A stretch of DNA of 64,000 bases from Lysobacteraceae bacterium (GTDB lineage Bacteria; Pseudomonadota; Gammaproteobacteria; Xanthomonadales; Xanthomonadaceae). Under the pieces are notes generated by a model that did no database searches, had not been told where the DNA came from, and saw nothing but the letters and a program-made list of their open reading frames with translations. Position numbers and translations under genes: made by a program. Positions 28,297 to 37,539 of the stretch are shown here, piece after piece; the stretch's first letter is position 1; every line of letters begins with the position of its first letter. The stretch spans positions 1,552-65,551 of the forward strand of contig JBKJHV010000084.1 of assembly GCA_046598445.1 (NCBI GenBank), read 5' to 3'.

Positions 28297-28749
28297 TCAG
28301 CCCATGGTGAGAAAGATCGCGATCACGATTGGCGGGATCCACAGCGCTTTCAGGCGTGCGGGCATCAGCGCCGAAAACAGGAGCAACAGTGCGATCGCGG
28401 CGGTGCGGACCGGGCCGAGCAGCCAGTTGATCGGCGTGTAGGCGGCGGCGAGATACAGCCGTTCGGCCGGATACACGCGCATCTCGACCGTTTCGCCGAC
28501 CGAATAGAAACGGCCGCCGGGAATCTTGCTGACCTTGAGTTTGTGGGTGTCCATGCGCGGATTGACGATGGCGCGGCCCAGAAAACAGTTCGCGCGATGT
28601 TTCGTGCGGCAACTGTCCATGGCTGCCCTGATTTCGCCGACGACGGGATCGCCTGCGCTCAGCAACCAGAAGCGCCAGCCGACTTGCAGGGCGCAGAAAG
28701 ACACCACCGCGAGCACGATCCATAGCAGTATTTTTCGATGAATGGGCAT
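28297..28749 (-). CDS. Hypothetical membrane protein
   Basis: N-terminal TM and two C-terminal TMs; co-oriented with the operon. Confidence 0.55.
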   Translation of the reverse strand: MPIHRKILLWIVLAVVSFCALQVGWRFWLLSAGDPVVGEIRAAMDSCRTKHRANCFLGRAIVNPRMDTHKLKVSKIPGGRFYSVGETVEMRVYPAERLYLAAAYTPINWLLGPVRTAAIALLLLFSALMPARLKALWIPPIVIAIFLTMG

Positions 28750-28813
28750 CAGGGCGGCACCTGTTCGATGAGGATGGCGGCATGGCGCGCGACCAGTGGT
28801 CGTGCCGCAACGA

Positions 28814-29809
28814 TCAGGGGAAACATTTGTTGCCCTTCTTGGGATGGATGGCGCACAGCGCGCCGCCGCCGCCCGATTTCGCACCCAGCGACACCACGTT
28901 GTTACCGGCGCCGTCCACGGCGGTGAAGTTGCCGCCGCTACCGCTGCCGCCCTGCGACAGACGCATGACCGCGGCGGGCGTTCCAGCGCGATTGCTGAGC
29001 AGCAGATGCCGCCGGCTGCCGCTGAGTTCGATCACCGGTTTACTGTTGCCATCGCCGAGCACCTGCACTTCGCCGTGGCCGTCCGCGGCGGTGTACAGCA
29101 CCAGCCCCATGGATTTCCCGGGCGCACCGAGCCCCAACTGTGCGCGACCGCCTTCCTTGGGATTGCTGCCGGCCGAGATCACCTGCTGTGCGTTGCGGTC
29201 GTGCAGGCGGAGGATGCCGCCGCTCTCGCCGACGTTCACCGCCAGTTCGCCCAACACCTTGGCCGGCGACTGGCCTTTGCCGCCGCCGCCGTCGCGCAGG
29301 AACAGGCCATGCCGTTTGTTGGGGCCGGCGCCGATGATGGTCGAATTCTGCGGCGTGTAGGCTTCCAGACGAGGACCAAGGCTCTGGCGCACGCCGATAC
29401 GGACTTGATTGTCGGCTGAGCCAAGCTGCGCCATCAGCGTCGCCTGGTCCGCGGTGCGCTGCAGCTGGATGGCGGATCCGGAACTCAAGGTGCCCATTCT
29501 CAGTAAATGGGTATCGCCGCTGGCGTCGATGGTGACGATCGGACGATCTTTCGCATCGACGACCACGAACGGTGCGCGGACGCGATTGGCGACATTCTTC
29601 CCGGTCGGTGATTCGCGTTCGTCTTCGTCCGCGGCGACCCGGGTTTCCAGTTTGCGCACGCGATCGTGCAGTGTCTGCAGCGATGGTGCGGGGCCGACGG
29701 CGTAGGCGCTGCCGATGCCCATCAGCAGCGCGGTCGTCAACACCGAACCACCGATGGCGGCGCAGGTGGCGATCATCAGCTCGCGACGGAGCATTCCGGG
29801 GCGGCTCAC
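28814..29809 (-). CDS. Hypothetical exported protein: short coiled coil plus repetitive Gly-rich beta-strands
   Basis: GTG start with GGAGG SD overlapping the upstream stop; N-terminal hydrophobic segment; LQTLHDRVRKLE. Confidence 0.7.
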   Translation of the reverse strand: MSRPGMLRRELMIATCAAIGGSVLTTALLMGIGSAYAVGPAPSLQTLHDRVRKLETRVAADEDERESPTGKNVANRVRAPFVVVDAKDRPIVTIDASGDTHLLRMGTLSSGSAIQLQRTADQATLMAQLGSADNQVRIGVRQSLGPRLEAYTPQNSTIIGAGPNKRHGLFLRDGGGGKGQSPAKVLGELAVNVGESGGILRLHDRNAQQVISAGSNPKEGGRAQLGLGAPGKSMGLVLYTAADGHGEVQVLGDGNSKPVIELSGSRRHLLLSNRAGTPAAVMRLSQGGSGSGGNFTAVDGAGNNVVSLGAKSGGGGALCAIHPKKGNKCFP

Positions 29810-30456
29810 GACGCACCTCCAATGCGACCCAGCGCGGTACGACCGGCGACTTCCAGTCGCGGACACAGCGATGCCTGCCGTTCGCCCTTGGTCATGCCGG
29901 TGATATTGAGCGAAAGGATGGTTGTGCCGCTGCGCACGATCAGTTGCTGCGCGCCGATCAGATCGGCATTGCTCGCCGAGCACCAGGCCGCATCGCCAAG
30001 ACCTTCGACTTCCTGGCCGGATTTGCCGGTTTTCTTGCCCAACTCGTCGTTGACCGCCATGTTGAGATTGCCCGACAGGCCGGTGAGGTTCTCGTACAGC
30101 GTGTCGGCTTCCGCAGGCGTTCCACCGCGGATCACCTGCACCATCAGCATGGTCATCCTGCCCGGGTGTTCGCTGCTGGCCCACATGCAGTTTTCGGGAT
30201 CGTCGGCCATCTGTCCGGCGCTCTGGCCGATCGCGGTCTGGGCTTCTTCCATGGTCAGCAGCGTGCACGCGCGCGGCAGTGGGCCGGCCGTTGTCTCTTT
30301 GCTTGCTGTGGATGCAGTGGCGGCCTCGATGGCCGGCCATCCGGCCGATTCCGCATCGGCTTGCTTGCCGCAGCCGGACATGAGCGCGGCGAGTGTGGTG
30401 ATTGCGGCGATCGCCAGCATCGGCAGATGTCGATTCGCGGACAGGATCGTATTCAT
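29806..30456 (-). CDS. Hypothetical lipoprotein
   Basis: Lipobox MSGC; ACTLLT.EEAQ..IG and VEGLGD.AW motifs. Confidence 0.75.
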   Translation of the reverse strand: MNTILSANRHLPMLAIAAITTLAALMSGCGKQADAESAGWPAIEAATASTASKETTAGPLPRACTLLTMEEAQTAIGQSAGQMADDPENCMWASSEHPGRMTMLMVQVIRGGTPAEADTLYENLTGLSGNLNMAVNDELGKKTGKSGQEVEGLGDAAWCSASNADLIGAQQLIVRSGTTILSLNITGMTKGERQASLCPRLEVAGRTALGRIGGAS

Positions 30457-30483
30457 CGGGTCATGCTCCTCACGGAATGCGGC

Positions 30484-30972
30484 TTACAGTGCCGGCGCGG
30501 TCACGCCGCTGTAGCGGATGCGGACTTTCGCGTCCGAAGTGGATTGCGCATGCACCAGGCCGTCGCTGCCGACAAAGGCTTTGGCTTCTCCGCTCGGCAT
30601 GCCCGGAATTTTCAGGGTGTAGGCATAGCCGGTGGTCGGAATGCCGTCGACGTTCTGCGGCCCCAGCTTGCGGCAGCCGCTCATCGGGTATTTGCCCGAG
30701 CGGATGGCCGCGTTGAGTTCCTTCGCCGCGGATTGACCCACGTCGACGTTGCTGTGCCGGGTCCACTTGCCGTCCATCCTGGTATAGGTCTTGCCGCCGA
30801 CGACGATGATTTCCAGACGCATGCCGCCGGTTTCAGTGATGGTGTGGCGCGCAGGCTGCTGCGCGGATTTTTCCGCGGCGCGCAGATAGACCTCGCAGAC
30901 CGGATCGAGCGCGTGCGCGGTGTTCGCTGCGAAGACCAGGCAGGCCGACAGCGAGAGGGCGATGAGCTTCAT
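30484..30972 (-). CDS. Secreted hypothetical protein
   Basis: GGAG SD, signal peptide (..TAHA), beta-rich mature region. Confidence 0.7.
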   Translation of the reverse strand: MKLIALSLSACLVFAANTAHALDPVCEVYLRAAEKSAQQPARHTITETGGMRLEIIVVGGKTYTRMDGKWTRHSNVDVGQSAAKELNAAIRSGKYPMSGCRKLGPQNVDGIPTTGYAYTLKIPGMPSGEAKAFVGSDGLVHAQSTSDAKVRIRYSGVTAPAL

Positions 30973-31244
30973 GATGACTCTCCATTGAAATTGGGACGAA
31001 GGGTGGGCGAAGGCGGCTTCGGACGCGATCTGCGAACGGCGTAGTGCGCCAGGCACAGCAGGCCGAGGTTCGCGAGCAGCAATATCGATTTGAAAACCAG
31101 TGCGGCCAGCAGGAACGGGCTGACTTCGAAGGCATGCGGGCCATCGAGCATCCGCAGCGCGGACACCATCTGCATCGACTGCAGGATCAGCAGAACCAGC
31201 AAGCCGATGCGAACGCCATGCAGGGCGATGCGCAGGACGCTCAC
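30969..31244 (-). CDS. Small two-TM membrane protein
   Basis: GTG with GGAGGA SD overlapping the upstream stop; its stop overlaps the downstream ATG. Confidence 0.55.
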   Translation of the reverse strand: MSVLRIALHGVRIGLLVLLILQSMQMVSALRMLDGPHAFEVSPFLLAALVFKSILLLANLGLLCLAHYAVRRSRPKPPSPTLRPNFNGESS

Positions 31245-31705
31245 CGCGTCCTCCCGTAGCGCCACGGCGCGTCGCGATACCACCACCACCACGACGCCGG
31301 AATCTGCGGCGCGTAGCGGGGCTGGTAGGGCGCAAGCGCGCACCAGTCGATGGCGTGCGGCGTGACGCTTTCACCCGATGCGGTCGAATCGGACGTTTCG
31401 GGAGCACTGTGCTGCGAAGCGTCCTGTGCGATGCACGGCCCGCGCATGTCGTATTCGTATCGCTCGTGGTCGATCGCGTACCGATAGTCGTCGCCATAGT
31501 CGTCGCGATATCTGTAGTCGTCGCCGTACCGATGTGCTTCGTCAGGCAACGATGAGGGTGCGATCGGTTGCGGCACCGGCACGCGCATCGGCGGATGCGG
31601 GTGCCGTGGCCCACTCTGTGCCGACGATCGCGTCGACGCCAGCAGCAGGGCGATGGCGATGGCTGCGAAGCATGCAGCGCGCGAGAGATTCATGGAGAGG
31701 TTCAT
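31241..31705 (-). CDS. Secreted low-complexity Tyr/Asp/Arg-rich protein
   Basis: Signal peptide; YGDDYRYRDDYGDDYRY; WWWWY tail; ATGA overlap with upstream gene. Confidence 0.55.
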   Translation of the reverse strand: MNLSMNLSRAACFAAIAIALLLASTRSSAQSGPRHPHPPMRVPVPQPIAPSSLPDEAHRYGDDYRYRDDYGDDYRYAIDHERYEYDMRGPCIAQDASQHSAPETSDSTASGESVTPHAIDWCALAPYQPRYAPQIPASWWWWYRDAPWRYGRTR

Positions 31706-33030
31706 TTCGCCACCAGCCCCGCAGGCACCCAAGCCTTGCAATGCGCCGATACCACAAGCCAACCGGGGTAGCCCGTGCCGTTGAGACGGTAGTTCAACGT
31801 CGCGATATTGCCGGCCATGGCGATACTGGCAGTGGCATCGCGTATGCCGGGCACCGTTTCGAAGGTCTCGGCGGAGACTTCGCATCCCTGCAATTTCGCG
31901 AACGCGGGCAAGTCGATCTCGAAGCTGACCTTGCCGATGTTTGCCTGGCCTTTGTCGATGTCTTCGGGCGTGTAGAAAAGAGCGCCGAAGGTCGCGGCCG
32001 GGTTGACCACTCCCTCCGAGCCGAAGCCGCCGCGTTTGTTGCCTTGCATGAGGAATCCCGGTGACTGCTTCCGCTCGCCGCCTATCACGCAGGATTCCAT
32101 GGTGTTGTTGCCGAGCGCAGACTTCGGCGCGTTCGCGCAGTCGACGATGCGGCCTTCACCCGGCAGCACGACCAATTCCCAGCGCGGTTCAAAGGCGGCG
32201 TCCTTCGCGCCGCGCGCCCCCGTCGCGGAGACCACTTCCACCGAGGCGGCGCCGGGTGTGGCCTTAGTGATGCCATCAGGCAGTTGGGCAAGGATCTTGC
32301 CGTCCTGCCAGTCGAGGATCTTCGCGTCTATCCCCTGGATGCGGCCGTACTGGGTGGGCAGGGTGACGCGCAGCGTGCTTTTATCGCTGCCGAAGCACAG
32401 GCCCTGCACAATGAAGGCCTGCCCGGATTGCAGTGAGGCATCGTTCGCCGGCTGCACCGACATGATCTTCGGGGTGTTGCCGTTCTTCGCGCAGACCAGC
32501 GCAGGCGCCATCACCGCCGCTGTGCCAGTGGCCGGCTCAGTGCCGCCATTGCGGATGACGGCGGTGCTGCTGCCCAAGCCGCGATAGGCGCTGGTCAGGC
32601 GATCGTTCGCGCCGGACTGGGGCTGCGACGGCGGCGGCGTGTTCTGCCCCGGGGTCACCACGACGACCGGGCCGTTCGGCGGTGTACCGGTCTGCGTGGC
32701 CGGCGGCTTGCCGGTGTTGCCCTGTGCGACCGGTGGTTTCGAGGCGACAGGCGGCTGAGATGCGACCGGCGGCGTCGCGGGTTTGGTCGGCGCAGAACCG
32801 CCCCAGGGCGACGGCTGCGGTTGCGGCTTCGGTTTGCGTGGCTTGGGCATCGCGACCGGCGCCGGGTCCACGTTCGGCACTCGCGCTTCGCTGTCGCCGC
32901 GGCCGGGGATGGTGGAGGGCGCGGCCGGTCCCGACTGCTGCGGATAACCGTAACCCTGCTGTGCGTCGGCGGCGCCGCAGGTGGAGGTCAACGCCAGCGC
33001 GAGCAACGATGTCGTGTGATGGATGCGCAT
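31702..33030 (-). CDS. Secreted protein with Pro-rich N-terminus and IPT/TIG-like domain
   Basis: Signal peptide, Pro/Gln linker, PKIMSVQP...GQAFIVQGLCFG...WQDGKILAQLP. Confidence 0.7.
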   Translation of the reverse strand: MRIHHTTSLLALALTSTCGAADAQQGYGYPQQSGPAAPSTIPGRGDSEARVPNVDPAPVAMPKPRKPKPQPQPSPWGGSAPTKPATPPVASQPPVASKPPVAQGNTGKPPATQTGTPPNGPVVVVTPGQNTPPPSQPQSGANDRLTSAYRGLGSSTAVIRNGGTEPATGTAAVMAPALVCAKNGNTPKIMSVQPANDASLQSGQAFIVQGLCFGSDKSTLRVTLPTQYGRIQGIDAKILDWQDGKILAQLPDGITKATPGAASVEVVSATGARGAKDAAFEPRWELVVLPGEGRIVDCANAPKSALGNNTMESCVIGGERKQSPGFLMQGNKRGGFGSEGVVNPAATFGALFYTPEDIDKGQANIGKVSFEIDLPAFAKLQGCEVSAETFETVPGIRDATASIAMAGNIATLNYRLNGTGYPGWLVVSAHCKAWVPAGLVAK

Positions 33031-33045
33031 GATCGTGGCTCCGGA

Positions 33046-33768
33046 TTACTTGCTGTCGGCGACGCTGGCGTCGAAACGCTTCGCCAGTTCGTACACGGCT
33101 TCTTCGATGGCCTCGCGCAGCACCGCGTCGAAGTTGTCCTTGCTGGTGGACTGGTGTTGCACTTCGGGGCTGTAGGCCACGCCGCCCTTGCCTTTCTCGG
33201 CGCGGACGCGGTTGATGAGCGCGCCGATGCCGCCGACGCTGCGCGCTGCGCCTTTCATGCGCTTGCGCACGCTGATGGCGTCGACCACATCGCCGGTGTT
33301 GGCGTCGACGATGCTGATGTCGATGCCGAATTCGTCGCGGTTGCTGGCGCCGCCGATCTGCATGCCACCGATGTTCACGCCGTTGCTGCTGGTGCGGGTG
33401 CCGCTGCCCAGCTCGGTGATTTCGGCTTCGAAGATGTATTCGGCCCCGCGCAGCTGCTGCTGCGACGCGCTGCCTGTGGTCTGGCCGGCGGCGTTCATCT
33501 GCTTTTCGCGGACCACGCCGCGATCGAGCTTGGCGCGCTCCACCACGCGGAACTGGCCGCTCTGCACCAGCGCGGTCTTGAACTGTTCGGTGGCGCCACG
33601 CGGCGAGATTTCGGGCAGGTTGCTGGTGAATTCGTAGATCGCGACGGCGACGCGCGCGTCGCTGCTCTTGCGCGGCAGGGTAGGCCGCTGCTTGGAGCCG
33701 GCTTGGGCGGTGCCGATGCAGGTGGCGAGCGTCAGGGCGAGGACGAGTGCGAAGCGGTTGCGGGACAT
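33046..33768 (-). CDS. CsgG/HfaB-family protein
   Basis: VAIYEF, TALVQSGQFRVVERAKLD...EK, GAEYIFEAEITE, IDISIVDANTGDVV. Confidence 0.8.
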   Translation of the reverse strand: MSRNRFALVLALTLATCIGTAQAGSKQRPTLPRKSSDARVAVAIYEFTSNLPEISPRGATEQFKTALVQSGQFRVVERAKLDRGVVREKQMNAAGQTTGSASQQQLRGAEYIFEAEITELGSGTRTSSNGVNIGGMQIGGASNRDEFGIDISIVDANTGDVVDAISVRKRMKGAARSVGGIGALINRVRAEKGKGGVAYSPEVQHQSTSKDNFDAVLREAIEEAVYELAKRFDASVADSK

Positions 33769-33798
33769 GTCGGCGATCCGTGAGGTGAGGGACCATTG

Positions 33799-33829
33799 CC
33801 GAACGGGGGTTGGCCATGCGAACCGGACA
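33799..33829 (-). promoter_or_regulatory. Candidate ECF promoter TGTCCGGTTCGCAT-N8-CCCGTTCGG upstream of the CsgG-family operon
   Basis: Same motif (N7 spacer) at 36767..36796 upstream of the kinase gene. Confidence 0.6.
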
Positions 33830-33923
33830 TGGCGCCGAATTTATTTTTGTCGTGGCCCGGCGCAAGACAGGCCGGGGCTGTCCAGGCTGCGCGGAGCGGG
33901 CCGCGCAGCCGGTTGCAATGACG

Positions 33924-36740
33924 TTATTGCGAGGCAGTCATGCGCCGGCGCACGACCGTGGGGCTGTCGGGATGGTCGTATCGCGCGCTGGCGGCGGCGG
34001 CCTCGTCTTCCAGCGCCTGGGCGGCAGCGACTTCGCCGCCGGCCGCCAGCACGTCGGCGCGTATCCGTTGTAGATACGGACCCATGCGCACATCGCGGAA
34101 ACCGGCCACCTGGTTCCACGTTTCCATTGCCGCGGCGCTTTCGCGCCAGGCGGCGGCGCGGTCGCGTCTGGCCAGCGCTACACGCGCCAACCCGCCATGG
34201 GCCAGCGCGATATGCGCCAGCGTGCGGCCGTCGGCGTGGTCGACGATGGTCCCGAACTGCGTCTGCGCTTCGTCCATTCTGCCGTTGTCCAGCAGCCAGC
34301 GCCCCCAGCTTTCGCGGATCGCCATCACCGCCTGTTCGCGATCCTGCTGGTGCGTCAGATAGTCGTCGAGCGAAGTCTTCAGCATGCGTCCAGCGGCTTG
34401 GTTACGGCCGGCGCGTGCGTAGGCTTCGCCCAGGAAGCGTCGCGTGAGCCGTAACTGGAACGAGAATGCGGACTGCTGTGCGTAGGTGCGTTCCACTGCC
34501 TCCAGCGCCGCGATGCCGGCCGCCGCCTGGCCTTCGCTGGCCATGCGCTCGCCGTAATGCAGGCGTACGGTCGCCGTTTCCAGCGGATGGCTGCCGTCGG
34601 CGGGCAGCAGCGGCAGCAGGCGTTTGAATTCAAGATGCGCTGCATCGCGCTGACCGATCAGATGCAGGGTGCGCGCCGCGTTCGCGCGCGGCACCCAGGC
34701 GGTGGGAAACTCCGCGCCGGTGGTGCGATCGGCGATGTCGGCGGATTTCCGGAACGCGATCGCGGCCTCGGCGAATTGGCCGAGCTGTTGATGGATCAGG
34801 CCGAGGTTGGCGTAAAGCGTTTGCAGTTCGGCATCGTTTCTGTCGGGCAGCGATTCGGCCAGCGCCAGCGCCCGATGGTACGTGGCGATGGCGCGCACAG
34901 GGTCCTGCTGCTGCGCGTTGAGGAACCCGGCCAATTCGTGCAGTGCGGTGACGTGCCCGCGCGAACGAGGTGCGTGTTTGCCGAACAGCGCCACCGCGCG
35001 TTCGAACGCTCGCCGCGCATCGTCGCCGCGGCCGTCCTGACGCTGGAGGTATTGTCCCCGGCCAATCCACCAGTAAGCGCGCAACTCGGGATCCTTGTCG
35101 CCGGCTGCGCTGAGCAACTTGTCGGCTTCGGCCAGTGCGGCTTCGCAGCGCGACCCGTCGCCCGCGCTGCATGCGCGCGTCGATGTTTCCACCGCGCCGT
35201 TGAGGACGTTCGGATGCAGCGGCCCGTAGCGTTCGCGCACTTTCTTCAGTTGCAGCGCCTGCAGCGCCTCGTAGCGTTCATCCTCGCCGAGCTGCGCGTA
35301 AAGGTCCGCGACCGTACGCAGCAGTTCGATCTGCACATCGGGATCGTCGGCGAAACGCGATTCGATCTTCGCCGCGCCGGCATCCAGCAGGGCTTTCGCG
35401 GAAATGCTGCCGCGCGGCTGGTCGGAGGCGATGCGCGGGTCGTTCGCGGCGAAGATTTCGACCAGGAAGTCCTTGATCGCGCTGGCCCGGCGCGCTTCCT
35501 CGGCCGCGCGCTGCGCCTGCCACAGCACGCCGCCCACGCCGGCGCCCAGTGCGGCCAGCAGCAGGCAGGCTGCCGCCACGCCCTGACGGTGGCGGCGGAC
35601 GAACTTGCGCGCGCGCTGCCAGCGGCCGATGCGCTGGGCCTGGATCGGCTGATGCGACAGATAGCGCTGCAGGTCTTCCGAAAACGCGTCGGCCGAGACA
35701 TAGCGGCGAGCCGGGTCGATGGCCATGGCTTTGGCGAGGATGGCATCCAGATCGCCTGTCAGCTCGCCGCGGCGCTTGCCGGTGGCGCGTCTCGATGCCA
35801 GCGGCGCCTCTTCGCGCTGTTCGATCATCCGTCCCAACCGAGAGCGGGTGGGGAATGGGCGCTGCCCGGCCAGCAACTCGTACAGCATCACCCCCAGCGC
35901 ATAGACATCGGTACCGACCGTGATCGCGCCGCCGTCCATTTGTTCCGGTGCGGCGTAGTCGGGCGTGGCGGCGCGTCCGCCGAAGTGGGTCGGACCGCCG
36001 TCATCGGCATTGCCGTCGCCATTACTGTCAAGCAGTTTGGCGATGCCGAAATCCAGCAGTTTCACTTCGCCGGCGGCGGTCACCAGCACATTCGCCGGTT
36101 TGAGATCGCGATGCACCACCAGCCGCGCGTGCGCGGCCTGCACCGCCGCGGCGACCTCGCGCAACAGGGCCACGCGCTCGCGGGTCGACAGCGCCTGGCC
36201 TGTGCAGTGTTCGGTGATCGGCGTGCCTTGCACATACTCCAGCGCCAGCCAGGGCTGCTCGTCCCCGCTTTCGTCCGTGCCGATGCCTGCGTCGTAGAAA
36301 CGCGCGATGCGCGGATCGGTCAATGCGGCGAGGATGTCGCGTTCGCGCTGGAAACGTTCGCGCTGCGCGCCGGCCAGCAGGTGCGCGTGCGGCAGTTTCA
36401 GCGCGACCTGGCGTTCGTAGGCGCCGTCGGCGCGCGCTGCCAGCCACACTGCGCCCATGCCACCGCTGCCCAGCGGCCGCAGCAGCCGCCACGGACCCAG
36501 GCGCATGCCTTCGACGTACGGCGAGACCGTCTCGCCGCCACCGGTCGGCCGGTCCAGCCAGTCGCCGCCGCGCCGTTCTCCGGTCGACAGCACCGCCTGC
36601 AGCGAAGGCTTGAACGGGGCATCGTTCTCCGGCAAGGCGTCGAGCCAGGCCGCGCGCTGCCCGGGTTCCAGTTCGAGATAGGTGTCGAGCAGGGAGGAGA
36701 ATCGGGGCCAGTCGGAGGGAGGGCAGGGCAGGGGTTTCAT
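33924..36740 (-). CDS. Membrane Ser/Thr protein kinase with TPR-like extracytoplasmic region
   Basis: LGSGGMGAVW, VALK, HRDLKPAN, DFGIAK, TPDYAAPEQ, DVYALG; TM segment. Confidence 0.93.
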   Translation of the reverse strand: MKPLPCPPSDWPRFSSLLDTYLELEPGQRAAWLDALPENDAPFKPSLQAVLSTGERRGGDWLDRPTGGGETVSPYVEGMRLGPWRLLRPLGSGGMGAVWLAARADGAYERQVALKLPHAHLLAGAQRERFQRERDILAALTDPRIARFYDAGIGTDESGDEQPWLALEYVQGTPITEHCTGQALSTRERVALLREVAAAVQAAHARLVVHRDLKPANVLVTAAGEVKLLDFGIAKLLDSNGDGNADDGGPTHFGGRAATPDYAAPEQMDGGAITVGTDVYALGVMLYELLAGQRPFPTRSRLGRMIEQREEAPLASRRATGKRRGELTGDLDAILAKAMAIDPARRYVSADAFSEDLQRYLSHQPIQAQRIGRWQRARKFVRRHRQGVAAACLLLAALGAGVGGVLWQAQRAAEEARRASAIKDFLVEIFAANDPRIASDQPRGSISAKALLDAGAAKIESRFADDPDVQIELLRTVADLYAQLGEDERYEALQALQLKKVRERYGPLHPNVLNGAVETSTRACSAGDGSRCEAALAEADKLLSAAGDKDPELRAYWWIGRGQYLQRQDGRGDDARRAFERAVALFGKHAPRSRGHVTALHELAGFLNAQQQDPVRAIATYHRALALAESLPDRNDAELQTLYANLGLIHQQLGQFAEAAIAFRKSADIADRTTGAEFPTAWVPRANAARTLHLIGQRDAAHLEFKRLLPLLPADGSHPLETATVRLHYGERMASEGQAAAGIAALEAVERTYAQQSAFSFQLRLTRRFLGEAYARAGRNQAAGRMLKTSLDDYLTHQQDREQAVMAIRESWGRWLLDNGRMDEAQTQFGTIVDHADGRTLAHIALAHGGLARVALARRDRAAAWRESAAAMETWNQVAGFRDVRMGPYLQRIRADVLAAGGEVAAAQALEDEAAAASARYDHPDSPTVVRRRMTASQ

Positions 36741-36766
36741 GCAGGTTCCCGTGGGTGGGCGCCCGC

Positions 36767-36796
36767 CCGAACGGGATGCGGGATGCGAACCGGACA
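36767..36796 (-). promoter_or_regulatory. Candidate ECF promoter TGTCCGGTTCGCAT-N7-CCCGTTCGG upstream of the kinase gene
   Basis: 23 identical positions shared with 33799..33829. Confidence 0.6.
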
Positions 36797-36882
36797 ACGA
36801 CAGCCGGTATTCGCTACCCGGTTCGTCCGACAGTGCGGCCAGGAATTCAGCCGGGAGTCCGCTCGAAGGCCCACGCCTGGAT

Positions 36883-37437
36883 TCACTCCAGCATCGACGC
36901 CAGCAGCAGCCGCGCTTTTTCCCAGTCGCGGCGTACGGTGCGTTCGGTCAGGCCCAGAGCTTCGCCGATTTCGACTTCGGTCATGCCGCCGAAATAGCGC
37001 ATCTCCACGACCTGGGCGAGTCGCGGTTCCAACTGCGCCAGCGATTCCAGCGCCTCGTGGACCTGCAGCGCTTCTTCGTCGCTGGCGACGCCGTCGCCCA
37101 GCGCGGTGTTGAGCGTGATCGCGCGCTCGCCGCCGCCGCGGCGCAGCGCGTGGCGTTCGCGCAGCTGATCGACGATCACCGTGCGCATCACCTGCGCGGC
37201 GTAGGCGAAAAACCGCCGGCGGTTATCGACCTGCAGCGTCTGCTTGCCGGAGAGCCGCAGCCAGATCTCGTTCACCAGCGCGGTGCTGTCCAGCAGGGTC
37301 AACGGGCCAGAGCGCGACAGCCGTGCGTGCGCGAGTTTTTTCAGCTCGTCGTAGGCGACTTTGAACAGCGCCGCGTTGTCGACGCCGCTGCCCTGATTGC
37401 CCATATCGATCAGTTCGGTGATGTCACCCATGGGCAT
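36883..37437 (-). CDS. ECF sigma factor, kinase-associated type (ECF43/TIGR02999-like)
   Basis: YDELKKLA, LDSTALVNE, FFAYAAQVMR..IVD, RYFGGMTEVEI...TVRRDW. Confidence 0.9.
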   Translation of the reverse strand: MPMGDITELIDMGNQGSGVDNAALFKVAYDELKKLAHARLSRSGPLTLLDSTALVNEIWLRLSGKQTLQVDNRRRFFAYAAQVMRTVIVDQLRERHALRRGGGERAITLNTALGDGVASDEEALQVHEALESLAQLEPRLAQVVEMRYFGGMTEVEIGEALGLTERTVRRDWEKARLLLASMLE

Positions 37438-37539
37438 CCCTGGCGCGTCCGGTTGCGGGGATCACTAGTCTAATCGTTCCAAAGTGGCCTGCCGTGCGGA
37501 CCGTCCCGGCAAGCGGCATCGGGCCAGGCACTCGCGGCA

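Noticed and set aside
37447-37478. GTCCGGTT...CGTT near the second ECF gene as an autoregulatory promoter
   Set aside because: Wrong strand for the sigma gene and a 20-nt gap versus 14-15 nt in the two good copies
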